A stretch of 64,000 nt of DNA, taken from IMG/VR virus record IMGVR_UViG_3300021959_007960, positions 64,001 to 128,000 of that record, one strand, 5' to 3'. Positions 48,233 to 57,580 of this stretch are shown here, piece by piece (position 1 is the first letter of the stretch; the number at the start of each line of letters is the position of its first letter). The notes below the pieces were generated by a model. It was not told where the DNA came from, did not search any database, and saw only the letters and a program-made list of their open reading frames with translations. The DNA is from a virus. Made by a program: the position numbers and the translations under genes.

Positions 48233-49180
48233 TCAATACTTTCCTAATATACGGCCTTTGCTGGTTCTTCTAACATATCCCATCCTGACAAGATATGGCT
48301 CAATACTGTTTTCTATAGTATCCATAGCGATACCTGTCATGCTAGAAATGTTTTTTATTCCTAAAGCAGTACCTCTACTATCTTTAAGAACTTCCATATA
48401 TTTTCTATCATTTTCATCTAATCCCGAGGAGTCTATCCCTTGTTCTGCAAAAACTTCTTCTACGCTTACAGAATCATCTTTAAAGTACAATTTATAATTT
48501 TGATACCACTCTAGTCTAGCATTTAAAATACGAGGAGTACCTTTGCTTCTTACGGCAATTTGATATGCAGTATCATCGTTCATAGACAATCCTGATCTTT
48601 GTGCATTCAATCTTGCTAGTTTAGCTAGTTCATCTTCAGTATAAAAAGTTAGATGTTCCTTGATTGTAAATCTATCATAGAAAGGTTGAGTTAAAGTACC
48701 ACCACTAGTTGTAGCGCCAACTAAAGTAAATGGAGGTATTTCAATTTCTTCTGGCTCTGAGTCAACAGCAATATTAGCAGTAAAGTTTTCCATGACTGGA
48801 TATAGAAATTCTTCTACTAACTTAGGAAGATTATGTATTTCATCAATAAACAAAACACAATCTCTTGTCACGTTATATAAATACTTCATGACATTTCCAA
48901 CACTACGAATTGCTGCTGCATTGGCAGTAATTAATTCACTACCTAGTTCTTCAGCGATTGCTGCTGCTATTGTAGTTTTACCTAAACCGGGAGGCCCGTC
49001 TAGCAACACATGGGATAATGGCTTGTTTTGTTGTTTAGAAGCAAAGGTAGATATTTTTAATCTTTTAATTACTTCTTCCTGACCAATTACATCATCAAAA
49101 GAACTAGGTCTGAAACTTTGCATCTTAATCTTCCTTAAAGTTTTTTGTCCAAAAAATAAAATCGTTTCTATCTTCATCAA
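48233..49180 (-). CDS. ruvB: Holliday junction branch-migration ATPase RuvB
   Basis: FRP..F....GQ, GPPGLGKTT, FIDEIH, LVGATT, GTPR, IEPYL; start likely MQSFRP (~49123). Confidence 0.95.
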   Translation of the reverse strand: MMKIETILFFGQKTLRKIKMQSFRPSSFDDVIGQEEVIKRLKISTFASKQQNKPLSHVLLDGPPGLGKTTIAAAIAEELGSELITANAAAIRSVGNVMKYLYNVTRDCVLFIDEIHNLPKLVEEFLYPVMENFTANIAVDSEPEEIEIPPFTLVGATTSGGTLTQPFYDRFTIKEHLTFYTEDELAKLARLNAQRSGLSMNDDTAYQIAVRSKGTPRILNARLEWYQNYKLYFKDDSVSVEEVFAEQGIDSSGLDENDRKYMEVLKDSRGTALGIKNISSMTGIAMDTIENSIEPYLVRMGYVRRTSKGRILGKY

Positions 49181-49568
49181 AAGCAGAATCTAGATAGCCT
49201 TTTTTAACCAAAATTGAAATCATATTACTAATAAATCTTCTTTGAATATTTTCAATAATATGACCCACACCATCAATACTTATTAAATATACTTTTTCTT
49301 TAGTCTTTTTGTGTCTTAATCTTTTAGCGGTATCTTTAACTATAGTCACACATTCCGAAAGGGCTAATAAATTGTTTAATTCTTCTTTTTCTTCATCTGT
49401 TAAATCGCTAATATCGCAATCAAGTAAAAATTCAGGTTCCTCTTCAGTATCTTCTTCGTCTATGTGTTTAAGTACTGAGCCGTTAAAGTTAATATAAACC
49501 ATAGTTCTAAGATAGTTTGTAAACTTATCAAGGTCATCTATTTCTAACCATTCTGAATCTTTGCTCAT
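49125..49568 (-). CDS. Hypothetical protein
   Basis: Acidic ORF. Confidence 0.65.
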   Translation of the reverse strand: MSKDSEWLEIDDLDKFTNYLRTMVYINFNGSVLKHIDEEDTEEEPEFLLDCDISDLTDEEKEELNNLLALSECVTIVKDTAKRLRHKKTKEKVYLISIDGVGHIIENIQRRFISNMISILVKKGYLDSAFDEDRNDFIFWTKNFKED

Positions 49569-49578
49569 TTTTATATCC

Positions 49579-49938
49579 TTAATTTAAGTTATCAAACAAA
49601 CCTCTGTAGTAACGTGGTTCTTTTAATATGTATTTAGAGTGACTTTGTAAATAGTTTATATATCTCTGTGCAAGTTTATTATCAGTAAAGTACTCTTTTT
49701 TCCATAAAGGTTGACTTGCCATACCTTCTGGTAGTTCTATAGGTTCTGGGTTTGTATTTGCTCCCACTGTCCATACATTGTCTTGTTCTTGTACTATATC
49801 TTTAATAGCGTCTTCCAGCCATAATTCCCAAGTTTCCCAATCAAATTGAAACTCTATTGGTTCTTGGTTTGTTTCTGGGTAATAATTGTAATAATCATCA
49901 TCATATTCGTTATGTTCTGGTTCTTCTTTATCATACAT
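49579..49938 (-). CDS. Hypothetical acidic protein
   Basis: AGGAG SD, downstream of promoter. Confidence 0.65.
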   Translation of the reverse strand: MYDKEEPEHNEYDDDYYNYYPETNQEPIEFQFDWETWELWLEDAIKDIVQEQDNVWTVGANTNPEPIELPEGMASQPLWKKEYFTDNKLAQRYINYLQSHSKYILKEPRYYRGLFDNLN

Positions 49939-49979
49939 AAGAAGGCTCCTGTCTAAGAAAGGTGTAGTACCTATTCTCT

Positions 49980-50007
49980 ATTATACCCCACAATTCAGAA
50001 ATGTCAA
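49980..50007 (-). promoter_or_regulatory. sigma70-type promoter
   Basis: TTGACA-16nt-TATAAT. Confidence 0.75.
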
Positions 50008-50011
50008 CACA

Positions 50012-50075
50012 GAAAAGAGGTGTGGCGGGATCGAACCGCCATAGCCCTAATTGCCCACCTACTATCACAGGAAAC
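50012..50075 (-). ncRNA. tRNA-like structured element (T-arm + partial acceptor stem) with antisense 5' tail; may double as a terminator
   Basis: GTTTCCTGTGATAGT-AGGTG...TGGCGG-TTCGATC-CCGCCA-CACCT-CTTTT. Confidence 0.5.
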
Positions 50076-50914
50076 TAAAACTCATCATCATCATCTTCTT
50101 CAAATTGATCCCAATAATCTTCATCATACTCATCGTAAACTGTAGAGTATTCTTCATTATCAACATAGGAGTCTGCTTCAAATTCAGCCTTATAAAGAGG
50201 CTTTGGCAATTCACCCTGATACAGACCGACTACTTCATATTTACAAGTACGAAGTTTCTCACAATTACAATCGCTAGGAACACTAACAACATCTTCAGGA
50301 TTGATTTTAACAATCACGATATTATCACCAGCATCAATACTACCATAAGTAGCGACATAGTTCAACGCACCTGCATGAAGACCTTGTGAACATCCAACCT
50401 TACGGTTATCGTCTACCTTTGCTCTACGCATTTCGCAGACCTTGCCAACACTATTGTCAAATGTACCTCTCCACTTATCCTTAAAATTACTATTGACTGC
50501 TTTATATGCAAGGAAGCATCCGTCTTCAGTGATAGGTAGATTTTCATGCTCCAAGAAGTCATACAGTTCTTGCTGACTCTGCATACTTGGATTTTGCATA
50601 AGATTTTCCAAGAACTTTACAAGAGGCTCGAAAGGCAAACCTTTGCTCATAAATTCTAGGATACGCTTACTGATGCTGCCATGAACTTCTTCACCCTCAA
50701 ACATTACCTTGCCATTTACGATTGATACCTGTCCTTGGCTAAAAGTAGCAACCGCTTTTTCAATGTCTACCAATTCTAGCAACTCATCTTCTGTTGCTGT
50801 TGGTAGTGCCTCCAGAATCAACTTGTAATTAGTATGATCTGGAATTACTTGGTGAGACTTATTTTTTAAGATCACCGTCAAGTTACCATCAACCCACATA
50901 AAAGGAACACTCAT
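50075..50914 (-). CDS. rIIB: rIIB-like protein
   Basis: FLENLMQNPS..ELYDFL..ITEDGCFLAYK...CSQGLH...VKINPEDVVSVP.D...KLRTCKY. Confidence 0.92.
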   Translation of the reverse strand: MSVPFMWVDGNLTVILKNKSHQVIPDHTNYKLILEALPTATEDELLELVDIEKAVATFSQGQVSIVNGKVMFEGEEVHGSISKRILEFMSKGLPFEPLVKFLENLMQNPSMQSQQELYDFLEHENLPITEDGCFLAYKAVNSNFKDKWRGTFDNSVGKVCEMRRAKVDDNRKVGCSQGLHAGALNYVATYGSIDAGDNIVIVKINPEDVVSVPSDCNCEKLRTCKYEVVGLYQGELPKPLYKAEFEADSYVDNEEYSTVYDEYDEDYWDQFEEDDDDEF

Positions 50915-50938
50915 AATTAAACTCCTGTGATAAAAACC

Positions 50939-53584
50939 TTAAACCAAATTTCCTATTGCTGTTCTCAGTTCGCTGAGTTCAACATTGTCAAACCATTTGT
51001 CTCGACCATAGTAACCATTGTTGTGAATATTTGTAGGATCACTGTCCTTGATCTTCTCAATATCCAACTCGTCGTTACTACTAACAATATACTTTAGTAT
51101 CGGTGACTTGTCAATAGTACCTTTAAGAATTTTTCTAAGAATATCCATTTTAGGCAGGGTCTTGATGATCGCCTGACTATGTGATTTCTTACCAGATGGC
51201 AATTCTTCATAACCATATAGTTTCTTAAATTCAAAAAGCATATTATCTAATTTAAGAATCTTAGTGTGAATATCCTTTGCATCTTCTACGATGTTGTATT
51301 CACTTGCTATATTATTTACATGCTGTTCAAGTCTTTGTCTACTAAATACTCTGAGATTAAAGTATTCACTATTTGCAACCTGAGCAAAGTAGTACATGAG
51401 TAGCCACTCATCAATAGCCTTAGTGACTGTCTCGTTTTTAATATAGTCTTTGTAGTCAAGACCATAGATATTTAAAAGATTAGCCATGACAACTCTATCT
51501 GAACGCTCAGGCTGACTACTCCAACTTCTTGTCTTCTTAAAATCTGAAGTAGAATACTCTTTGTCACAATAGTTTATGACTGCATCATACTTACCTACTT
51601 CTTCTCTTAATTTCTTAGAGATTTTTGCAGCCTTGCCCTTAAACCATTTGTTAAAGGAAACTAGATTGATGCCTTGCTTTTCTAGTTTAGATACTGAACT
51701 TTGCTTGATAGCATAGATATTATATCGCTTGAATAGTAAAGCACCTAAGACGTTATCTTTACCTGCTAGATTATAAATCTTATGTAAATCAGGATAAGGG
51801 CTAATAGACTTATATCTAGTAATAGGAACATAGATTACTTGTTCAGCATCTTCTAATCCTCCTATCAGACTATCACTTAATTCACTAAGCATGTTAGAGT
51901 CATTAAGATTATTACCACCAAGACTAGAACACTCATCTGGCTGGTAATCTTTAGAACTTTTTAGTAGAAAGATTTCGTCCTTACTGATCATACCAGCACC
52001 AGTACCAGTTCTTCCCTTGGTACTAGATTGTAGCAGACTACGATACTCAGAGATATTCTTGACGTTTTCTTCGCCACCAATATCTTTGATAAGTTTAGCG
52101 AAACCCTCACCAGAATCTTCTGCTGGATTTTGAGTGTCTACCATAAGATATGCCATACAATCATTTTGATTACAATATCTAATCGCAATCTTCTTGGCAG
52201 TCTCAGGACTTCTAGTATCGCAGACAAAGAAGGCTAGAGGATTACTCTTACGCTTATTATCCCAATAATTAGACGATCTACCCTGTAGACTTTCGTGATG
52301 GATTTTATCTGTTAGATATAGCATTCTCTTAGAACGATGACTAGCAGTACGATAATTAATAACATACAACTGTTTGTGCTTACCTAATTTATAATCTAAA
52401 TCTTCACCAGCAGACAAATCATGCTTTTTGCCTTCTGGATCAACCCACTCTGCACCAGCAGTATATCCACCAGCAATATCAGCCAGCTTATAATATGTCT
52501 GGTAAGCATCTACAAGATTAGTACACTCTTCAACCTTGGTTGACATATTGCTCTTGAGTTGTAGATAAATATCTTGAGTCTTTTCTCTAAGAGTTTTAAT
52601 AACACCCTTAGTATACTGTAGACCTTCTCTACTAACATCCATCTCTAGTTCACCAATATCGCAGGTAATTTCAAGATACATACCAGAATTTAGAATCTCT
52701 TTGACTAGATTAGTCCAGTTATCTACGTCTGCTTTCTTAAATGCTCTGTTCCATCTTTGGATAGCATCACTCTTTTGCTCTTGTTCTTCTTTGCCGATAA
52801 TTTTATCGGAATCTACTGGGTACGCAATATTACCCATGATAGCCACAATACCAGCACCGGGACTATTATATGTGCTAGGATATTTGTCATCATTATCAGA
52901 GATTCTACCAACACGCCAGTTTGTTCCTTCTATAATTGTATTAGTATGAGAATAAGCATGATTATGAAGAAGTCTGCAAGTACCACCTTCCATCATCGGT
53001 TTAGTCTTAAAGTAATGAAAGATTCTTTTAGACTTATTAGTAAACTCTTGGAAGTCGCTTTGCTTTACTGCAAAACTAATCTCAAGACCATTAGGCTCAT
53101 CGGTATGACTGATTCCGAATAGACTTAGACTAGGCACACCATTCTCGTCCATAGCCGCTATGTAGTTGTATGCTTGCCCATTGTAGTAACTAGTTGTACT
53201 AAAACTCTTAGTGTAAGCAAATGGACTCTTAGAACCAAGACCAAGACAACCAGTAAAATCGTTACTGTCATTCTTATTACTAGCCCCGTAAGTCGTATAA
53301 AGTTCTTCCATGTCTTCCTGAGAAAGTCCCGTACCATAATCTCTCACCGTAAAATTGGGATTAGCTTGCGTAGGTAGAACAACCTTAAAGGGATTCCGAT
53401 TCCCTGCCGCAATATGAGCATCGTTAGCATTAGTGGACAGTTCACGAATAACTGCCATCACTTTATCAGAATACAAGGAGTCTGATAAAATCTTAAACAT
53501 TTTACTTGTTTGAGCAATACTAAACTGGTTATTGCTGTCAACACCATTAGAATGAATTTCAACTGTACGATCTGCAAGTTTCAT
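50939..53584 (-). CDS. rIIA: rIIA-like protein (N-terminal GHKL ATPase)
   Basis: LYSDK..AVIRELSTNA.DAH, VRDYGTGLS, GCLGLGSKSPFAY, SREGL; adjacent to rIIB. Confidence 0.92.
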   Translation of the reverse strand: MKLADRTVEIHSNGVDSNNQFSIAQTSKMFKILSDSLYSDKVMAVIRELSTNANDAHIAAGNRNPFKVVLPTQANPNFTVRDYGTGLSQEDMEELYTTYGASNKNDSNDFTGCLGLGSKSPFAYTKSFSTTSYYNGQAYNYIAAMDENGVPSLSLFGISHTDEPNGLEISFAVKQSDFQEFTNKSKRIFHYFKTKPMMEGGTCRLLHNHAYSHTNTIIEGTNWRVGRISDNDDKYPSTYNSPGAGIVAIMGNIAYPVDSDKIIGKEEQEQKSDAIQRWNRAFKKADVDNWTNLVKEILNSGMYLEITCDIGELEMDVSREGLQYTKGVIKTLREKTQDIYLQLKSNMSTKVEECTNLVDAYQTYYKLADIAGGYTAGAEWVDPEGKKHDLSAGEDLDYKLGKHKQLYVINYRTASHRSKRMLYLTDKIHHESLQGRSSNYWDNKRKSNPLAFFVCDTRSPETAKKIAIRYCNQNDCMAYLMVDTQNPAEDSGEGFAKLIKDIGGEENVKNISEYRSLLQSSTKGRTGTGAGMISKDEIFLLKSSKDYQPDECSSLGGNNLNDSNMLSELSDSLIGGLEDAEQVIYVPITRYKSISPYPDLHKIYNLAGKDNVLGALLFKRYNIYAIKQSSVSKLEKQGINLVSFNKWFKGKAAKISKKLREEVGKYDAVINYCDKEYSTSDFKKTRSWSSQPERSDRVVMANLLNIYGLDYKDYIKNETVTKAIDEWLLMYYFAQVANSEYFNLRVFSRQRLEQHVNNIASEYNIVEDAKDIHTKILKLDNMLFEFKKLYGYEELPSGKKSHSQAIIKTLPKMDILRKILKGTIDKSPILKYIVSSNDELDIEKIKDSDPTNIHNNGYYGRDKWFDNVELSELRTAIGNLV

Positions 53585-53655
53585 TTGTAGTCTCCAAAAA
53601 AAAGTTTCCTGTCCTGTGATATTCTAATTATATCATCGTCTGTTTGCTGTGTCAA
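53585..53655 (-). promoter_or_regulatory. Promoter and conserved leader of rIIA
   Basis: TTGACA-17nt(contains AGACGAT)-TATAAT then TATCACAGGACAGGAAACT8GGAGACTA. Confidence 0.8.
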
Positions 53656-53658
53656 GCA

Positions 53659-53928
53659 TTAATCTGATTCGGGATTTTCTGAATCATCTTCGTAATCTTC
53701 TGGCTCGACATGATAAGGATCAAATTCCTCTTCATCTTCTTCACCAGCTTCTTCTATAAACTCAAACATAGACATTTTATCAAGTAAAAAATCTAGTTTG
53801 TCATCTATAATTGATAAACTTTTAATCATGCTATTTGTCCTTTTAACTAATACATTATATTTAGTTTCTAAAGACTTATGATGTTTATCTATTTCTATTA
53901 GGACTTTTTCTAATTCGTTATCTGCCAC
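53659..53928 (-). CDS. Coiled-coil/acidic hypothetical protein
   Basis: GGAGG SD before GTG at 53928. Confidence 0.65.
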   Translation of the reverse strand: MADNELEKVLIEIDKHHKSLETKYNVLVKRTNSMIKSLSIIDDKLDFLLDKMSMFEFIEEAGEEDEEEFDPYHVEPEDYEDDSENPESD

Positions 53929-54029
53929 ATTAATACCTCCAGATAAAAATATCAGTGTATTAATTTTATACACCAAATACTGCACCAATCAATATCTATC
54001 CAATAATTCATTATTTACCATTTACATTC

Positions 54030-54701
54030 CTATATGCTTGACAAATTATCGTATCTCTCTAGTAAATCACCCATTATCCTATTTATAAAAAATATCTCGC
54101 ACTCATTAAATTTATTTAAATATTCTTTATGATCTAGGTTTCTTACATGACTGATTAAGCCGTTATTAACAATATCGTCACTTCGATCTTTACCATGAAA
54201 AACAAATTCATTCTTAAAATTATTATACACTTTATCTAATAAATCTATCCTATCAATTTTATTAAGAATTAAAGACATATATCTTTTAGGTTTATCCATT
54301 ATGTCTTCGTATTTCAGAAAACAAACATTACTTATGCTTAATATTTTTTCATACACATTTCTTTGTCTCTGTAGTAATTTGCCACTAATAACATATTCTG
54401 ACAAACTTGATTCTCTAATTTCTTTTCTACGTTTCCATGATTCATCGTTAAAATTATCAGTACAGTGTGTCCATCCAACAGAATAATATCTAGAAATTAT
54501 TCTATTTATAGGATGTCTCAATACGATAATATCAGAATCTTTAGTAGACTGAAACCATTCTTGGTGGTTTGCTTCGGAAAACACTCTGTCAAAATCTATA
54601 ACATTATGATTACATAAATGGTTAATATAATCGTATATTGTACTCTGTAAACTACTACCAGATTTATGTATCGCTCTAATCTTTAGTTGATGGTTGGTCA
54701 T
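54030..54701 (-). CDS. Sulfotransferase family protein
   Basis: HKSGSS (5'-PSB), RHP..RIISRY (3'-PB), LKYED. Confidence 0.75.
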   Translation of the reverse strand: MTNHQLKIRAIHKSGSSLQSTIYDYINHLCNHNVIDFDRVFSEANHQEWFQSTKDSDIIVLRHPINRIISRYYSVGWTHCTDNFNDESWKRRKEIRESSLSEYVISGKLLQRQRNVYEKILSISNVCFLKYEDIMDKPKRYMSLILNKIDRIDLLDKVYNNFKNEFVFHGKDRSDDIVNNGLISHVRNLDHKEYLNKFNECEIFFINRIMGDLLERYDNLSSI

Positions 54702-54918
54702 TTACATTCCTGTATTCTTCATCAGTCCACATTTTGTATACTAAATAAAAATCTCTAGGTTTCCACTGTCTCACCTTTTCCATATCGGATACTTCTCCCC
54801 TTGGAACGGAGAGAAGCATCACTAGATATAAAAATAGCAACCCAAAAATAATCCAAAAACTTTTATCTTTAGTCAATAGTCTGTGTTTCTCTACCATTAC
54901 GAGTAATTGCAGCAGCAA
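54676..54918 (-). CDS. Small membrane protein
   Basis: One TM; start probably TTG near 54876. Confidence 0.5.
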   Translation of the reverse strand: MLLQLLVMVEKHRLLTKDKSFWIIFGLLFLYLVMLLSVPRGEVSDMEKVRQWKPRDFYLVYKMWTDEEYRNVNDQPSTKD

Positions 54919-55846
54919 ATGCTCTTAAATCTACGTTATCATTAATAGTTCTAGTAGAACCGTCTGAATATACGCAGTTCATTACGCCGGGGTGCATACT
55001 ATATGCTTCACCGTCATTAATAACATTAAATGGCACATTGCCAGCACAATTCTTACATTTATCACCATTAGAATCAACACCATGTAATTTAAATGGCCCC
55101 AATGAATCTGCCCAACTAATACACTGGTTAGTATTCCCTGTAGCACTTTTACCATTACTAGCTTTATAAGTATCAGGTCTGCTTGCACACTCTACAATCA
55201 TAAGAGTGTTAGAAAAACCATCAACAATTTCTTGCTCTTTAGTTACTTTATCTTTAATTAAACAACCATCATCATTAGTTTTACTTGCATAAGGATCGCT
55301 ACCAGCAGGAAAGATTTTATCTTTTACCCCAGTGAACACCTCATAGTCTGTATAACCAAGAAGATTAGGGTCTAAACTTGGTGCAGCACTGTCGCTATCT
55401 CTACTAGGCCCATCAATACTGACATACCCACCCACAGGAGGAAGGGCAGTTGGACATTTAAATACAGATGCTTCTGTAACAATAGCGGCAGTATTTTGCC
55501 ACCAATGTTTATTGAAGTCATAAATGTTTGCTACGTTACCCTGTTCTAAATTTGCCAAAACAAATGCTCTCCAGCTATGTTCTGTTCGTGAAGGATTGCC
55601 GAGAGAACTAGGAGTTTCAGATAGGTCTTTAGCTTCAACAGTCCATGCGGCAGCAGGAAAATATCTTTTTTGATCTAAACTCATGTGCATAGCCAAACCT
55701 TGTTGTTTTAAATTATTAGAACAAGATGCTCGTCTTGCTGCTTCTCTAGCAGATTGTACAGCAGGTAGTAATAAACCTACTAAAACGCCGATAATTGCAA
55801 TAACTACCAGTAATTCGATGAGAGTAAAACCTTTGCGATTTTTCAT
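54869..55846 (-). CDS. DUF1559 family prepilin-like protein (Planctomycete-type)
   Basis: RKGFTLIELLVVIAIIGVLVGLLLPAVQSAREAARR.SC.NNLKQ; DGFSNT; H-X9-DG (HPGVMNCVYSDG). Confidence 0.95.
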   Translation of the reverse strand: MKNRKGFTLIELLVVIAIIGVLVGLLLPAVQSAREAARRASCSNNLKQQGLAMHMSLDQKRYFPAAAWTVEAKDLSETPSSLGNPSRTEHSWRAFVLANLEQGNVANIYDFNKHWWQNTAAIVTEASVFKCPTALPPVGGYVSIDGPSRDSDSAAPSLDPNLLGYTDYEVFTGVKDKIFPAGSDPYASKTNDDGCLIKDKVTKEQEIVDGFSNTLMIVECASRPDTYKASNGKSATGNTNQCISWADSLGPFKLHGVDSNGDKCKNCAGNVPFNVINDGEAYSMHPGVMNCVYSDGSTRTINDNVDLRAFAAAITRNGRETQTID

Positions 55847-55961
55847 TATAAATTCCTCTTATATGGGGAAGTTTGGCGAGAGACTACAATTAGCCTTGAT
55901 TACCTATTATACCCATACCGGCAAAAAATACAAGGTCATAGACTGTTAGTATTGTGTTAAG

Positions 55962-56282
55962 TTAATAAGAATAAATATGTACAGGATTGCCCGTTAATTC
56001 TCTAATAAATTGTGTTGCTTCATGTATATCATAAAAATCAGCTATGGCTTTTCTGGATCTAAAATAATCTTTTTTATATACAGCAAATACTCTGTAAAAT
56101 GGATCATCTAAACCAAACTCATCAGTATCTAAAAAATCTTCTGCTGTTTTTAATTCTTGTATAATAGTACCACCATCGTAGTCATTCATTTCTCTACAAG
56201 TGATAATTTCAAAAGCATTAATAACAGATTGTTTATTAGTATTTAATGTAAAAGCATTACACAGTCTGTTTGACCGCTGCAT
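55962..56282 (-). CDS. Hypothetical protein
   Basis: Coupled ORF. Confidence 0.55.
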   Translation of the reverse strand: MQRSNRLCNAFTLNTNKQSVINAFEIITCREMNDYDGGTIIQELKTAEDFLDTDEFGLDDPFYRVFAVYKKDYFRSRKAIADFYDIHEATQFIRELTGNPVHIYSY

Positions 56283-56442
56283 TTTCTTGCTCCTGTAATT
56301 GTTTTTGTGCTTTGTGTAATTGTCTCAGTCTTTCTTTTTGTAGATAGTCGTAATATCCTAGAAAAACTTGAGAAGTGATTACGCCCATCCCTGCGATGAG
56401 CGTAACCACAATACCGCACACGAATAGTGCGAAATTATCCAT
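56257..56442 (-). CDS. Small single-TM protein
   Basis: Hydrophobic N-terminus, coiled-coil tail. Confidence 0.65.
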   Translation of the reverse strand: MDNFALFVCGIVVTLIAGMGVITSQVFLGYYDYLQKERLRQLHKAQKQLQEQENAAVKQTV

Positions 56443-56602
56443 TATTAAAATATCCCCCTAGCGAAAGGATGCTAGGAACCCATAGACCAACAAAAATAGC
56501 CTGTTCCTTGGCAGTTGATTGATCTCCTAAAAACCAAAGAGAAACACTTAGTACAAAACTGGCAAACGCCGCTACAATAAAGTAACTCTTACTATTCATC
56601 AT
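56435..56602 (-). CDS. Small 2-TM membrane protein (55 aa)
   Basis: Hand-read MMNSKSYFIVAAFASFVLSVSLWF...AIFVGLWVPSILSLG. Confidence 0.7.
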   Translation of the reverse strand: MMNSKSYFIVAAFASFVLSVSLWFLGDQSTAKEQAIFVGLWVPSILSLGGYFNNG

Positions 56603-56627
56603 CTATCTTTCTAGTTAAGGTAAAACA

Positions 56628-57035
56628 TTAAAACATATTATCATAAGCTGCATCCCACAACTTATCAAAAATCTCTTCCATCATTTTATCGTTATATTTT
56701 CTTGCATCTTTATCTTTTGCAAAGAAGCCTATTTGGTCTAATCTTTCTTTGTATAGTTCAAGAAAACTTTCTTTAGTTTTTCTTTTACACTTTATATGGC
56801 CTCGGAACATAGCAACACAATGTACTATTTCCATATAGGTATCAATAACACCAGCTACAAATTTCCATTGTTCTCTAGATAATTCTATGGTAGCGAAATT
56901 TTTTTCGTGTTCGTATTCTTCTTTATCTAGTGGAGTACCATATAGATGATTTTGTTGTATTAAAAATTCATCATCATCTTCAGCAACCCAATCTCCTGAT
57001 CTTATCATGTCTGTTATATCTTGCCAATCACTCAT
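56628..57035 (-). CDS. Hypothetical protein
   Basis: AAGGA SD. Confidence 0.6.
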   Translation of the reverse strand: MSDWQDITDMIRSGDWVAEDDDEFLIQQNHLYGTPLDKEEYEHEKNFATIELSREQWKFVAGVIDTYMEIVHCVAMFRGHIKCKRKTKESFLELYKERLDQIGFFAKDKDARKYNDKMMEEIFDKLWDAAYDNMF

Positions 57036-57071
57036 AATTTATTCCTTTGATTAAATTAATATTACAAATAA

Positions 57072-57144
57072 TAGGAGTGGCGGGAGTCGAACCCGCACTG
57101 GAAGGATTTTAAGTCCTTTGTCTCTGCCTTTGGACTACACTCCC
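57072..57144 (-). tRNA. tRNA-Leu (anticodon UAA), short variable loop, CCA not encoded
   Basis: GGGAGTG acceptor, GTC/GAC D-stem, AAGGA-CTTAAAA-TCCTT, GCGGG-TTCGACT-CCCGC, discriminator A. Confidence 0.9.
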
Positions 57145-57151
57145 AAAACCT

Positions 57152-57400
57152 CTATGAAATCTCTTGTAATTTTTTTGAGAGTGCTACTAATTCATCAATA
57201 TTAGTAGAATCACTTTGGTTTTGAAGAGTAGGTATTTCAACACCCTTAGAGCGCAGAGTGTCCTTCATCTTTTTATAACGGGTCTTTGTAGAACTTACAG
57301 TTTGACCAACCATTCTAGCAAGTTCTGGGAATGTTTTGCAGGCATGGACTGCCATTAAAAACATCTGATCGTTACATCTGCCACAAGTTTTTTTACTCAT
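57152..57400 (-). CDS. Small HTH-like protein
   Basis: TFPELARMVGQTVSSTKTR. Confidence 0.55.
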   Translation of the reverse strand: MSKKTCGRCNDQMFLMAVHACKTFPELARMVGQTVSSTKTRYKKMKDTLRSKGVEIPTLQNQSDSTNIDELVALSKKLQEIS

Positions 57401-57439
57401 TTTATTTCCTTTCCAATTAGAGTAAGTAATACTGCTTGT

Positions 57440-57480
57440 ATTCTATCCTATAGTATCGTCTTTGTCAACCACTATCTTTA
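57440..57480 (-). promoter_or_regulatory. AGACGATAC-class promoter
   Basis: TAAAGAT-N5-TTGACA-AAGACGATACTATAGGA-TAGAAT. Confidence 0.75.
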
Positions 57481-57496
57481 CTTTTTTTAAAAAACT

Positions 57497-57576
57497 CGTA
57501 AGTCCTTGTCAGATAAAGACTTACGTTAAATAGTACTTTCTAAATAACGTAAGTCCTTTTGTAGTAACGAGTTAGC
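57497..57576. repeat. Two tandem CGTAAGTC-N13-GACTTACG palindromic sites
   Basis: Perfect copy 57497-57525; degenerate copy 57548-57576; 51 bp period. Confidence 0.75.
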
Positions 57577-57580
57577 TACT

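Noticed and set aside
50012-50062. Complete tRNA gene
   Set aside because: No D-arm or anticodon arm; kept only as a tRNA-like element
57497-57576. Mini CRISPR array
   Set aside because: Only two units, poorly identical beyond 11 bp; fits protein-binding palindromes better
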